Shown here: positions 55,434 to 64,000 of the stretch, in pieces
How positions within the stretch are numbered: position 1 is the first letter of the stretch
How the letters are laid out: each line of letters opens with the position of its first letter
Source of the DNA: Micrococcaceae bacterium
GTDB lineage: Bacteria > Actinomycetota > Actinomycetes > Actinomycetales > Micrococcaceae
Assembly (NCBI GenBank): GCA_047605865.1
Contig: JASGFC010000006.1
Location: forward strand, 145 to 64,144
Direction: 5' to 3'
Length of the DNA stretch: 64,000 bases
Position numbers and translations under genes: made by a program
Notes under the pieces: model-generated
Seen by the model: the letters and a program-made list of their open reading frames with translations, nothing else
The model's database searches: none
What the model was told of the DNA's origin: nothing

Positions 55434-57023
55434 ATGTTTAATTCTTTATCTGATCGCTTAACCAGCACTTTTAAAAACCTTCGTGGTAAGGGAAAATTAA
55501 CCGAAGCTGACATTGACGGTACAGCACGAGAGATACGCCGCGCCCTTCTTGATGCCGATGTTGCTGTCCCAGTTGTTCGCGCTTTCATCGCCGATGTTAA
55601 AGAACGTGCCTTGGGCGAAGAAGTTTCAAAAGCTTTGAATCCTGGTCAACAGGTAGTGCAAATTGTCAATGAAGAACTTGTCAAAGTGCTCGGTGGTAAG
55701 ACTCGAAGAGTACAGTACTCCAAAAACCCACCAACAGTCATTATGCTTGCAGGTTTGCAAGGTGCTGGTAAAACCACACTCGCTGGAAAACTAGCACACT
55801 ATTTCAAGCAACAAGGGCACGCACCGCTTTTGGTTGCCTGTGACCTGCAGCGTCCCAACGCTGTTACGCAGCTTCGTGTTGTAGGTGAGCGTGCAAAAGT
55901 TGACGTATATGCGCCACATCCTGGAACAACAAGTGAGTTTGAAATTAACCATGATGGTAATCCGGTAGAAGTCGCAGAAGATGCCATCGAAATTGCCAAA
56001 CTTAAACATTATGACGTTGTTATCGTCGATACGGCAGGCCGTTTGGGTATTGATGAAGTCCTTATGAAACAGGCAGCTGATATTCGTAATGCCATTGACC
56101 CAGATGAAGTACTTTTTGTTATTGACTCCATGATTGGTCAAGATGCTGTCAATACTGCCAATGCATTCCAAGAAGGTGTGGATTTTACTGGTGTAGTTCT
56201 AACTAAACTTGACGGTGATGCTCGCGGTGGTGCTGCTCTATCTGTGGCTTCTGTTACTGGAAAACCAATTATGTTTGCCTCAACAGGTGAAAAACTAGAA
56301 GATTTTGAAGTTTTCCATCCTGATCGAATGGCTTCTCGTATTTTGGATATGGGCGATATCCTTACTCTTATTGAGAAAGCACAAAGCAAATTCGATGCCG
56401 ATGAAGCTGCCAGAATGGCAGATAAATTTGCTAAACAAGAAGATTTTGACCTTGAAGATTTCTTGAGCCAGATGCAGCAGATTAAAAAGATGGGTTCTCT
56501 CAAGAAAATCATCGGCATGATGCCTGGCGCTGCTGGTATGAAAGAGCAACTAGACCAATTTGATGAACGTGAGATGGATAGAGTTGAAGCCATCGTTCGT
56601 TCGATGACTCCTCAAGAGCGTCGTCAACCTAAGTTGATTAACGGTTCTCGCCGAGCTCGTATTGCAAAAGGTTCTGGTGTAACTGTATCTGAGGTGAATC
56701 AGTTGATGGAACGCTTTGGCCAAGCTCAGAAGATGATGCGTTCGATGGCTAAAGGTGGTGGAATGCCAGGTGTTCAAGGTATGGGGTCTATGCCTGGTGG
56801 TGGAAGCAAGAAATCTAAAGCTAAAGCTAAGAAGGGTAAAAAGAAGCCTAAATACAATAACCCAGCTAAACAAGCTGCTTGGGAAAAAGAACAAGCAGCC
56901 AAGCGCGAAGCCGCAGCTCAACAACAATCTGGTGCTGCTTTTGGTATGCCACAAGATATTCCTGAAGATTTCGATCCAAGCAGCTTAAAATTGCCAAAAG
57001 GTTTCGGCGGTATGTTCAAATAA
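55434..57023 (+). CDS. ffh: Signal recognition particle protein Ffh
   Basis: NG domain GLQGAGKTT, DTAGR, TKLDGDARGG. Met-rich M domain. Lys-rich C-terminal tail. Confidence 0.96.
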   Translation: MFNSLSDRLTSTFKNLRGKGKLTEADIDGTAREIRRALLDADVAVPVVRAFIADVKERALGEEVSKALNPGQQVVQIVNEELVKVLGGKTRRVQYSKNPPTVIMLAGLQGAGKTTLAGKLAHYFKQQGHAPLLVACDLQRPNAVTQLRVVGERAKVDVYAPHPGTTSEFEINHDGNPVEVAEDAIEIAKLKHYDVVIVDTAGRLGIDEVLMKQAADIRNAIDPDEVLFVIDSMIGQDAVNTANAFQEGVDFTGVVLTKLDGDARGGAALSVASVTGKPIMFASTGEKLEDFEVFHPDRMASRILDMGDILTLIEKAQSKFDADEAARMADKFAKQEDFDLEDFLSQMQQIKKMGSLKKIIGMMPGAAGMKEQLDQFDEREMDRVEAIVRSMTPQERRQPKLINGSRRARIAKGSGVTVSEVNQLMERFGQAQKMMRSMAKGGGMPGVQGMGSMPGGGSKKSKAKAKKGKKKPKYNNPAKQAAWEKEQAAKREAAAQQQSGAAFGMPQDIPEDFDPSSLKLPKGFGGMFK

Positions 57024-57050
57024 CATCGTGATGTAGCTAATTAAATGAAT

Positions 57051-57079
57051 CTGACATCATAGCTATTCTGCGTTACAAT
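57051..57079 (+). promoter_or_regulatory. Candidate sigma70-type promoter of rpsP
   Basis: -35 CTGACA, 17-nt spacer, -10 TACAAT. Would give a leader of about 120 nt. Confidence 0.45.
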
Positions 57080-57205
57080 GAATAAGAACTCTTTTCATGT
57101 AAACCCTCTCACTTTGCATGAAAGTGACCATCGGAAATTTTGAATATTTGCCCCACAAATGTTCATTAGACCCAACACTTAAAAGAAATAGGAGAGTCCA
57201 CCAAC

Positions 57206-58021
57206 GTGGCAGTTAAAATTCGTTTAAAGCGTATTGGTAAGAAAAAAGCACCTTTCTACCGTGTAGTAATTATGGATTCACGTAATAAGCGTGATGGCCG
57301 TGCTATTGAAGAAATCGGTACATACAATCCGATGCCTGATCCTTCAGTGATTGACATCGATTCTGATCGTGTACAGTACTGGCTTGGTGTAGGAGCTCAG
57401 CCTACCGAAGCTGCTGCTGCACTTCTTAAAGTTACTGGAGATCTTCAAAAATTTAAAGGTGAAGAAGGCGCAGAAGGCACTTACAAGACTGCAAAAGAAA
57501 AAGAAGCTTTTGTTGCACCAAGTAAAGGTTCAGTCATTGTAGATAAAGATGAAGATGAAGATAAGTCTGAATCTACTGAAACTGATGATACTGAATCTAC
57601 AGATTCAGACTCAACTGAAGATACAGATACTGATTCGACTGTAGCCACAGACGTTGAAGCTACTGAAGAAGTAGCTTCAACTGATTCAGATGAAAAGAAT
57701 GCAGATAATACTGAGAATGCGTCTGCTGATACAGATGATGAAGCTGGAAAACCAGCTAAGGCTTCTAAAGATTCTGATGCCGATGATTCTGCTTCTACTA
57801 CAGATTCTGAAGAAACTAACTCAGACTTGACTGTAGCTACAGACGTTGACTCAACTGAAGATACAGATACTGAAGAAGTAGCTTCAACTGATTCAGATGA
57901 AAAGAATGCAGATAATACTGAGAATGCGTCTGCTGATACAGATGATGAAGCTGGAAAACCAGCTAAGGCTTCTAAAGATTCTGATGCAGATGATTCTGAA
58001 GAAACAGAAGAAAGTAAGTAA
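57206..58021 (+). CDS. rpsP: 30S ribosomal protein S16 with a long repetitive acidic C-terminal extension
   Basis: GTG start after AGGAGA. S16 core [21 protein letters not shown] ... [12 protein letters not shown]. About 170 aa D/E/S/T tail holding a duplicated 42-aa unit. Confidence 0.93.
   Translation: MAVKIRLKRIGKKKAPFYRVVIMDSRNKRDGRAIEEIGTYNPMPDPSVIDIDSDRVQYWLGVGAQPTEAAAALLKVTGDLQKFKGEEGAEGTYKTAKEKEAFVAPSKGSVIVDKDEDEDKSESTETDDTESTDSDSTEDTDTDSTVATDVEATEEVASTDSDEKNADNTENASADTDDEAGKPAKASKDSDADDSASTTDSEETNSDLTVATDVDSTEDTDTEEVASTDSDEKNADNTENASADTDDEAGKPAKASKDSDADDSEETEESK
57665..57997 (+). repeat. Direct duplication inside the rpsP tail: two 126-nt copies, 207-nt period
   Basis: 57665-57790 and 57872-57997 differ at a single base (C57781 vs A57988). 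Each encodes [42 protein letters not shown]. Confidence 0.95.
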
Positions 58022-58023
58022 TT

Positions 58024-58272
58024 ATGCTTTCTGAAGCACTAGAGCATTTAGTAAAAGGTATTGTCGAAAATCCTGACGATGTACATGTTAATAGTCGAAC
58101 AGGACGCCGAGGAGAAACGCTTACCATTAGTGTTAATCCTGAAGATTTAGGTCGAGTTATCGGTAGGCAAGGACGCATTGCAACGGCGCTGCGCACAGTC
58201 ATTAACGCACTTGCTCCAGGCCAAAATGTTCGTGTAGATGTTTTGGAAACCGATGGTGGACGTCATCGTTAA
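58024..58272 (+). CDS. KH-domain RNA-binding protein (YlqC-like)
   Basis: GRVIGRQGRIATALRTV KH GXXG motif. Conserved position after rpsP. Confidence 0.88.
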   Translation: MLSEALEHLVKGIVENPDDVHVNSRTGRRGETLTISVNPEDLGRVIGRQGRIATALRTVINALAPGQNVRVDVLETDGGRHR

Positions 58273-58283
58273 GCTTTTATGAG

Positions 58284-58318
58284 AATGTGGCTCTGCTTGA
58301 ACAGGGCCACATTTTTAT
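58284..58318 (+). terminator. Intrinsic terminator between the KH-protein gene and rimM
   Basis: 12-bp stem AATGTGGCTCTG / CAGGGCCACATT followed by TTTTTAT. Confidence 0.85.
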
Positions 58319-58363
58319 ATGGTATTCATTGCTTTACTGCTTTAAAAAACAGAAAATAAGGGT

Positions 58364-58861
58364 ATGAAAGTTAAAATAGCGCGTATTGGCAAGCCTCATG
58401 GTGTTCGTGGAGAAGTGACTGCACAGCTGTTTACTGACCAGCCTGAGCAACGTTTCAGTAAAGGTACAGTCATTGAAACCAGCAAAGATTCTACTCTTAC
58501 TGTTAAAGGGCATCGTTGGAATAAAGATAGAATTCTTCTCAGTTTTGAAGAGATTAACAATCGTAATCAAGCCGAAGAGATGCGTAATATTCTTCTTTTT
58601 GCTGAGGCTGTTGCTGCAGAAGCAAATGATGATGCTTGGTATCCTCATGAAATAGAGGGTCTAGATGTGGAGTATCAAGGAAAAAAAATTGGAACTGTCC
58701 AGCATATGGAAGTTCGTGAAGCTCAAGATTTACTCACCATTGAATTAGAAGATCACAGAGAAGCGCTGGTGCCTTTTGTTGAAGAAATCGTGCCTGTGGT
58801 TGATATAGAACAGGGCAAGATAGAAATTACACCTCCGCAGGGATTACTTGATGAAAATTGA
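58364..58861 (+). CDS. rimM: Ribosome maturation factor RimM
   Basis: [15 protein letters not shown]-terminus and PRC-barrel C-domain. Confidence 0.92.
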   Translation: MKVKIARIGKPHGVRGEVTAQLFTDQPEQRFSKGTVIETSKDSTLTVKGHRWNKDRILLSFEEINNRNQAEEMRNILLFAEAVAAEANDDAWYPHEIEGLDVEYQGKKIGTVQHMEVREAQDLLTIELEDHREALVPFVEEIVPVVDIEQGKIEITPPQGLLDEN

Positions 58862-59543
58862 TATTATTAGTATTTTTCCTGAGTACTTGAATGGATTAAA
58901 CCTTTCCTTGATTGGCAAAGCCCAACAGGACGAATTGCTAGCAATTAAGACTCATCAATTAAGAGATTTTGCGCTAGATAAGCATAAAACTGTTGATGAT
59001 ACACCATATGGTGGTGGAGCGGGTATGGTCATGAAAGCTGAACCTTGGGCTTTAGCTTTGGAAAACATCTTAGAGCATAAACCAGCCAAGTTAAAGCCTA
59101 CACTCATCGTGCCATCACCTGCTGGAAAGTTATTTAATCAAGCAAAAGCTGAAGAACTTTCACACAGAGACCATCTCATTTTTGCTTGTGGGCGCTATGA
59201 GGGCATTGACGAGCGTGTTTTTGAATGGGCTAAAGATTATTGTGAGGTTGAGCTACTGAGCCTTGGAGATTATGTATTAAATGGTGGGGAAGTAGCTTCA
59301 ATGGCAATGATTGAAGCTATTGTACGTTTAATACCAGGTGTTCTGGGAAATCCGGAATCATTAGTTGAGGAGTCTCACAACGATGGTCTTCTTGAATATG
59401 CAGTTTATACCAAACCATCTTCGTGGCGTGGTCTAGGAGTTCCAGAAGAACTTTTGAGTGGGCATCATGCAAAAATTGAAAATTATCGTAGACAGCAGCA
59501 ACTTAAAAGAACGCAAGAGCGTCGTCCGGATCTGCTTCATTAA
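58848..59543 (+). CDS. trmD: tRNA (guanine37-N1)-methyltransferase
   Basis: [19 protein letters not shown] and [11 protein letters not shown] motifs. Confidence 0.95.
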   Translation: MMKIDIISIFPEYLNGLNLSLIGKAQQDELLAIKTHQLRDFALDKHKTVDDTPYGGGAGMVMKAEPWALALENILEHKPAKLKPTLIVPSPAGKLFNQAKAEELSHRDHLIFACGRYEGIDERVFEWAKDYCEVELLSLGDYVLNGGEVASMAMIEAIVRLIPGVLGNPESLVEESHNDGLLEYAVYTKPSSWRGLGVPEELLSGHHAKIENYRRQQQLKRTQERRPDLLH

Positions 59544-59798
59544 AGTCTGACTGAGAACAAATAAGCTTCAAAGATTCCTGATAACATCAGTGCTTACAGT
59601 TGGAAATTTTTCCGTGGCTGTGGCACAATATTACTTGTATGTTTTCTAGGCTATTCAGCTGCCGTGGGGGTTTGTTCAGCTAATGGAAAACATGGCAGTT
59701 AGTCCCAAAGTGATTAACTGAAAGGACATACAAAGTTGCTATAAGACAACTTGTTACTTAAGGCCTTTAAGGACCTGCGGCGTTAAAGGAAAAATGAT

Positions 59799-60305
59799 AT
59801 GCGTACTCTTGATTTCGTAGATGAATCATCACTTCGTAGTGATATCCCTGAATTCCGCCCTGGTGATACTGTAAAAGTTCACGTTAAGGTTGTGGAAGGA
59901 AACCGTTCTCGTATTCAGGTTTTCCAAGGCCATGTTATTGCTCGTCAAGGTGATGGTCTTCGTGAAACTTTTACTGTTCGTAAAGTTAGTTTCGGTGTAG
60001 GTGTTGAACGTACTTTCCCAGTACATTCACCTATTATTGACAAAATTGAAGTTGCAGCACATGGTGACGTCCGTCGTGCCAAGCTATATTACTTGCGTGA
60101 TCTTCGTGGTAAAGCTGCAAAAATTCGTGAGAAGCAAGAAGATGTTGCTGCTGCAAAAGCAAAGAAAGCTCAACACACTGTAGCTAAGAAAGCTGATTCT
60201 TCTCAGGATGAAGATGTTGCTGAGACTCCACAAAAATCTCAAGCTACACAAACAGCTACAGTGCAAGATGCACCAGCTGAAGCTACTGAAACTGAAGAGA
60301 ACTAA
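59799..60305 (+). CDS. rplS: 50S ribosomal protein L19 with acidic C-terminal extension
   Basis: [26 protein letters not shown] core. About 50 aa extra low-complexity tail. Confidence 0.94.
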   Translation: MRTLDFVDESSLRSDIPEFRPGDTVKVHVKVVEGNRSRIQVFQGHVIARQGDGLRETFTVRKVSFGVGVERTFPVHSPIIDKIEVAAHGDVRRAKLYYLRDLRGKAAKIREKQEDVAAAKAKKAQHTVAKKADSSQDEDVAETPQKSQATQTATVQDAPAEATETEEN

Positions 60306-60314
60306 CGTTCACTG

Positions 60315-60923
60315 ATGCTTTTAGAACGTCAGGGTAGTAAACCTTGGCGTTCTTTTTGTGTTTTCTTACTTGGTGTTGCCATTGCTTTTTGCGCTCGATA
60401 TATCTTTACCCATACTTTTTATATTCCTAGTAGTTCAATGGAACCAACGGTTTCAGAAGGGCAACGTGTATGGATTAGCCCAAGTGCGAAACAATACAAA
60501 AGGGGCGATATTATCGTGTTTAAATCTAGTGTTGATTTTGATAATGGCGGAACTCCTTCTCGAAGTAGTAGCAATGCCTTCCTGCAGTGGTTAGGTTTTG
60601 AAAAGAGAAACAATCAGTATCTCAAACGTATCATTGGGGTTGGTGGCGATAAAATTTCCTGTGATGCTATTGGCAAACAAATGACTTTGAATGGGCAAGT
60701 TGTTAGTGAACCTTACCTTGAACCCAGTAAAGAACTCTGTCAATCAGTTTTCCACGTAGAAGTACCTTCTGATCATTATTGGGTCGAAGGAGATAACAGA
60801 GATCACTCCTCAGATTCTCGCTCGCATTTAGGGAGTCCAGGTGGTGGTTTTATCGATCAAGACGATGTCATTGGTCAAGCTCAAAGGATCATTTTTCCTT
60901 TAAGTCAGCAAAAGAAACTATAA
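60315..60923 (+). CDS. lepB: Signal peptidase I (copy 1)
   Basis: TM anchor. Catalytic Ser box IPSSSMEPT. Lys box YLKRIIGVGGD. GDNRDHSSDSR. Confidence 0.9.
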   Translation: MLLERQGSKPWRSFCVFLLGVAIAFCARYIFTHTFYIPSSSMEPTVSEGQRVWISPSAKQYKRGDIIVFKSSVDFDNGGTPSRSSSNAFLQWLGFEKRNNQYLKRIIGVGGDKISCDAIGKQMTLNGQVVSEPYLEPSKELCQSVFHVEVPSDHYWVEGDNRDHSSDSRSHLGSPGGGFIDQDDVIGQAQRIIFPLSQQKKL

Positions 60924-60939
60924 CAGCTAGAATGGAACT

Positions 60940-61677
60940 ATGACAGAGAAAATAGACCTTGAAGAACAGTACGAAACACGTAAAAGTAAGCGTAAAAAAG
61001 AAGAAGCCACTGGACTTTGGGGCTTTATCAAAGACTTTGTTCCAACCTTAATTGTGGCCTTTGCTGTCATGTCTTTGATTACTCACTTCTTGGTTAGACC
61101 TTTCATGATTCCATCTGGTTCTATGGAGCAGACTCTGAACATCAATGATCGTATTTTAGTAGATAAACTGCACTCTGGGCAGTCACACCTTCAACGTGGC
61201 GATGTTGTAGTTTTCAAGCGTCCTGATGGATGGGTGGAAGAGACCCAAGAAAATAGAAATCCAGTCAAAGATTCACTCAAAACTGTTGGTAGTTGGATTG
61301 GTGTAACTACTGCTCCTGGTGAGAGCTTCCTTGTTAAGCGTATTATTGGAATGCCTGGAGATCATGTTAAAACAGATGGAACAACGGTAACGGTCAACGG
61401 TAAAGCTTTGAGTGAGCCGTATCTTTTCCCTGGCAACGATGGTTCGGATGTCCCATTTGATGTGACAGTGCCTCAAGGACAAATTTGGGTCATGGGAGAT
61501 CATCGCTCTAATTCTGCTGATTCACGATACCACATGAATGATCCTTCAAAGGGCTTCGTGCCTATATCAGATGTGCAAGGTAAGGCTTTTTTTAAGATGT
61601 ATCCTTTCACCAAAATGGGGAGCGTATCTGATCAGCAACAAACATTCTCTGGAATTCCGGCAGCCAGCTCTTCATAA
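60940..61677 (+). CDS. lepB: Signal peptidase I (copy 2)
   Basis: TM anchor. IPSGSMEQTL, LVKRIIGMPGD, GDHRSNSADSR. Confidence 0.9.
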   Translation: MTEKIDLEEQYETRKSKRKKEEATGLWGFIKDFVPTLIVAFAVMSLITHFLVRPFMIPSGSMEQTLNINDRILVDKLHSGQSHLQRGDVVVFKRPDGWVEETQENRNPVKDSLKTVGSWIGVTTAPGESFLVKRIIGMPGDHVKTDGTTVTVNGKALSEPYLFPGNDGSDVPFDVTVPQGQIWVMGDHRSNSADSRYHMNDPSKGFVPISDVQGKAFFKMYPFTKMGSVSDQQQTFSGIPAASSS

Positions 61678-62279
61678 TGGTAGATAGCACTCTTGAAAAT
61701 TCTTATTTCTCCAAGGGTTATCATGCCGTTGCTGGAATGGATGAAGTTGGTCGTGGTTGTCTAGCTGGCCCTGTTATGGTGGGTGTTACGGTATTACTTC
61801 ACGATAAACCAGTACAGTTGAAAGGTTTAAAAGATAGTAAAGAGCTAACGCCTAAGAAACGTGAAATTCTTTTTCCAAAAATTAAGCAAGAACTTTATTG
61901 TGCTGTTGGTGAAGCCAGTGCTGAAGAAATTGACCAGTTTGGTATCGTTCATTGCCTTGGGCTTGCTGGTTCTCGTGCCTTAAATCTTTTAAAGATTGTG
62001 CCAGATGAAATTATTCTTGATGGTACTCATAATTGGTTACATACTTTTACAACTATTCCTGTTGATGTGCAGCTTAAAGCCGATACACGATGTACAACAG
62101 TAGCTGCAGCTTCAATTATCGCTAAGGTCACAAGGGATCAGCGCATGGTTGATCTTGCTTATTCTTTCCCTGATTATGCGTGGGAGAAAAATAAGGGCTA
62201 TGGTACTGTTGCACACCGTGCTGCTATTAGAGAATTTGGAACCACTGACTACCATCGTAAAACGTGGAAGTTGCTATAA
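61677..62279 (+). CDS. rnhB: Ribonuclease HII
   Basis: GMDEVGRGCLAGPV and DSKELTPKKRE motifs. TAATG overlap with lepB. Confidence 0.93.
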   Translation: MVDSTLENSYFSKGYHAVAGMDEVGRGCLAGPVMVGVTVLLHDKPVQLKGLKDSKELTPKKREILFPKIKQELYCAVGEASAEEIDQFGIVHCLGLAGSRALNLLKIVPDEIILDGTHNWLHTFTTIPVDVQLKADTRCTTVAAASIIAKVTRDQRMVDLAYSFPDYAWEKNKGYGTVAHRAAIREFGTTDYHRKTWKLL

Positions 62280-62384
62280 CTAACTTCCTCCACCTATAGA
62301 GAGCTAACAGTCTTTCTGCACAAATTTTGCTAATACTAATAATTTGGACTCTTCCTATACAACAATGGTGAGGTAGGAGGAAAG

Positions 62385-62741
62385 ATGAACAAACAAGAAC
62401 TTGGAAAATATGGTGAAAATATAGCTGTTGCATACCTAGAAAGTGCAGGCTACGGCATCATAGATAGAAGGTTCACCACATCCAGTGGAGAAATTGATAT
62501 CGTTGCCAGAAATGAACAAGCTTTGATTTTTGTTGAAGTCAAGAGCCGCAGTAGCTATGAATTTGGTCATGGGGCAGAGGCCATTGGGCCACTGAAGTTA
62601 GAACGCATGAAAGTATGCTTCTTAGAGTGGATAAGAGCTCGAAACGTCAAAACTTCTCTGGAGCTTCGTTTAGATCTCATATCTATTTTGATTGAAGAGG
62701 GCAAAAGTCCTTACCTAGAACATTTTGAAGCTGTATCATGA
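62385..62741 (+). CDS. yraN: YraN/UPF0102 family endonuclease-like protein
   Basis: GEIDIVARNEQALIFVEVKSR restriction-endonuclease-like core. AGGAGG SD. Confidence 0.88.
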   Translation: MNKQELGKYGENIAVAYLESAGYGIIDRRFTTSSGEIDIVARNEQALIFVEVKSRSSYEFGHGAEAIGPLKLERMKVCFLEWIRARNVKTSLELRLDLISILIEEGKSPYLEHFEAVS

Positions 62742-64000
62742 TGAAATCCATCGGAATTGCTTATTCTGTTGCTTTAAAAGGCACCGAAGGACAAAAAGTA
62801 GAAGTGCAATCTTCAATCACGCAAGGATTGCCAGGATTAAGTATTATTGGCCTGCCTGATGCTTCATTACGCGAAGCAAGAGAGCGAATTAGAACAGCTA
62901 TGATTTTCTCGGGGAATAGCTTGCCGCATAAGAAAATAATAGTTAATTTGCTCCCAGCTTCGCTACCTAAACAAGGGTCAATCTTTGACCTTTCTATAGC
63001 AATATCAATCTTGAGCGCTGTAGGTGTAATTCCAGAAGCAAAGCATATTGCTTTTGTGGCAGAACTTGGTTTAGACGGCACACTGAAACAAACGCCATCT
63101 TGTTTTGCTGCTGTTCTTGCTGCTAAACAATTAGGTTTTACCCACGTTGTAACTTCGGTTGAAGATTATGAACAAGGTTTGGATATTCCTGGAATTATAC
63201 AAATTCCGCAGAAAACCTTAGAAAGCGTTGTACAACTCTTTTTTCAAAATTTTGAATTTCAAGAGCAGAAACGGCATTGCAGAGTATCTGAAACCTCAAC
63301 ATTAGATGTGGCAGAGGTTAATGGAAATCACCATGCTAAAAAGGCTTTACATATAGCTGCTGCAGGTAGGCATCACCTTTTATTAACTGGACCTCCAGGA
63401 CAGGGTAAAACAATGCTAGCGGAGAGACTACCAACTATTTTGCCACGATTATCCCAAGAGCAGATGTTAGAAGTCATGGCGATTCATTCTTTAACTCAAG
63501 GAAATACAGTACCTTCAGCTAGCTATTTGCCATGTGAACAGCCACATCATAGCGCATCAATGTCAGCAATTATTGGTGGTGGTACCAAAGCTATCACACC
63601 AGGTATGATCTCAAGAGCACATCAAGGGGTATTAATTCTCGATGAAGCACCAGAGTTTGACAAAAATATTCTCGAAGCATTGCGAGAGCCTTTGGAAAAC
63701 AAGAAGATTTGTATTGCCAGAGCGCAAGGAATAGTTTCTTACCCTGCTGATTTTCAACTTGTATTAACAGCAAACCCTTGTCCTTGTGGGATGGCACAAT
63801 CAGCTGAAAATACTTGTCAGTGCACACCTTATGCGTTAATAAAGTATCAACAGAAAATTTCTAAGCCATTATTAGACCGGATAGATATTAAGTGTGAAGT
63901 CAATGAAAGCAATCTTAACTATGAAGTGAATCAATTAACTAGTGCAGACTACTTAAAGAGCGTTATACGTGCGCGCAAAATACAACAAGAACGCCTAGCG
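62738..64000 (+). CDS. comM: Mg-chelatase-like AAA+ protein ComM/YifB, 3' end cut by window edge
   Basis: ATGATG start overlapping the yraN stop. Frame open to nt 64000 (not in the ORF track because no stop is reached). N-terminal Lon-protease-like domain (GLPGLSIIGLPD) and AAA+ Walker A GPPGQGKT. Confidence 0.9.
   Translation, partial: MMKSIGIAYSVALKGTEGQKVEVQSSITQGLPGLSIIGLPDASLREARERIRTAMIFSGNSLPHKKIIVNLLPASLPKQGSIFDLSIAISILSAVGVIPEAKHIAFVAELGLDGTLKQTPSCFAAVLAAKQLGFTHVVTSVEDYEQGLDIPGIIQIPQKTLESVVQLFFQNFEFQEQKRHCRVSETSTLDVAEVNGNHHAKKALHIAAAGRHHLLLTGPPGQGKTMLAERLPTILPRLSQEQMLEVMAIHSLTQGNTVPSASYLPCEQPHHSASMSAIIGGGTKAITPGMISRAHQGVLILDEAPEFDKNILEALREPLENKKICIARAQGIVSYPADFQLVLTANPCPCGMAQSAENTCQCTPYALIKYQQKISKPLLDRIDIKCEVNESNLNYEVNQLTSADYLKSVIRARKIQQERLA

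Overview
This is a 64-kb chromosomal window from an AT-rich actinobacterium. GC looks like the low-to-mid 40s % by eye; I did not compute it. Rpf and DUF3515 domains, frequent GTG/TTG starts and the gene order are all actinobacterial. From memory, the order follows Mycobacterium tuberculosis blocks Rv1699-Rv1713 (pyrG, NUDIX, xerD, parA, rluB, cmk, der) and Rv2993c-Rv2897c (FAH, gltX ... ddl, DUF3515, thiL, recG, rsmD, coaD ... yceD, rpmF, rnc, mutM, ftsY, ffh, rpsP, KH, rimM, trmD, rplS, lepB, rnhB, yraN, comM). The low GC suggests a Gardnerella-like member of the Bifidobacteriaceae; that is inference only. I call 72 CDS (two cut by the window edges), four tRNAs (Leu-TAG, Lys-CTT, Gln-CTG, Glu-CTC), several intrinsic terminators and four well-spaced sigma70-like promoters. 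I see no IS element, prophage, phage-type integrase or CRISPR array. Accessory content lies between the core blocks: a CUT1-type sugar ABC operon, a DrrAB-like exporter, tag plus a GyrI-like gene, an LLM/FMN-reductase pair between two tRNAs, and a nucleoside phosphorylase plus PnuC pair. The best candidate for an undescribed system is a 7-gene minus-strand cluster at 23.9-30.9 kb. It encodes an intramembrane-sensing HisKA_3 kinase, a NarL-type regulator, DedA, an orphan PqqD/RRE-like protein, a second DedA, and a MacB/BceAB-type ATPase with a double-FtsX permease. Other unexplained signals:
- A family of long palindromes; two copies differ by a compensatory base-pair change.
- A GTTGT-N4-ACAAC-type hairpin placed 6 nt after the -10 element of all four tRNA genes.
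- A nearly perfect 126-nt duplication that builds a long acidic tail on ribosomal protein S16.
- A 24-nt module of that tail shared exactly with a stand-alone acidic Cys-rich ORF 41 kb away.
- A CHAP-Rpf fusion protein with a CHAP paralogue next to it.
- Absence of scpA/scpB and smc from their usual syntenic positions.
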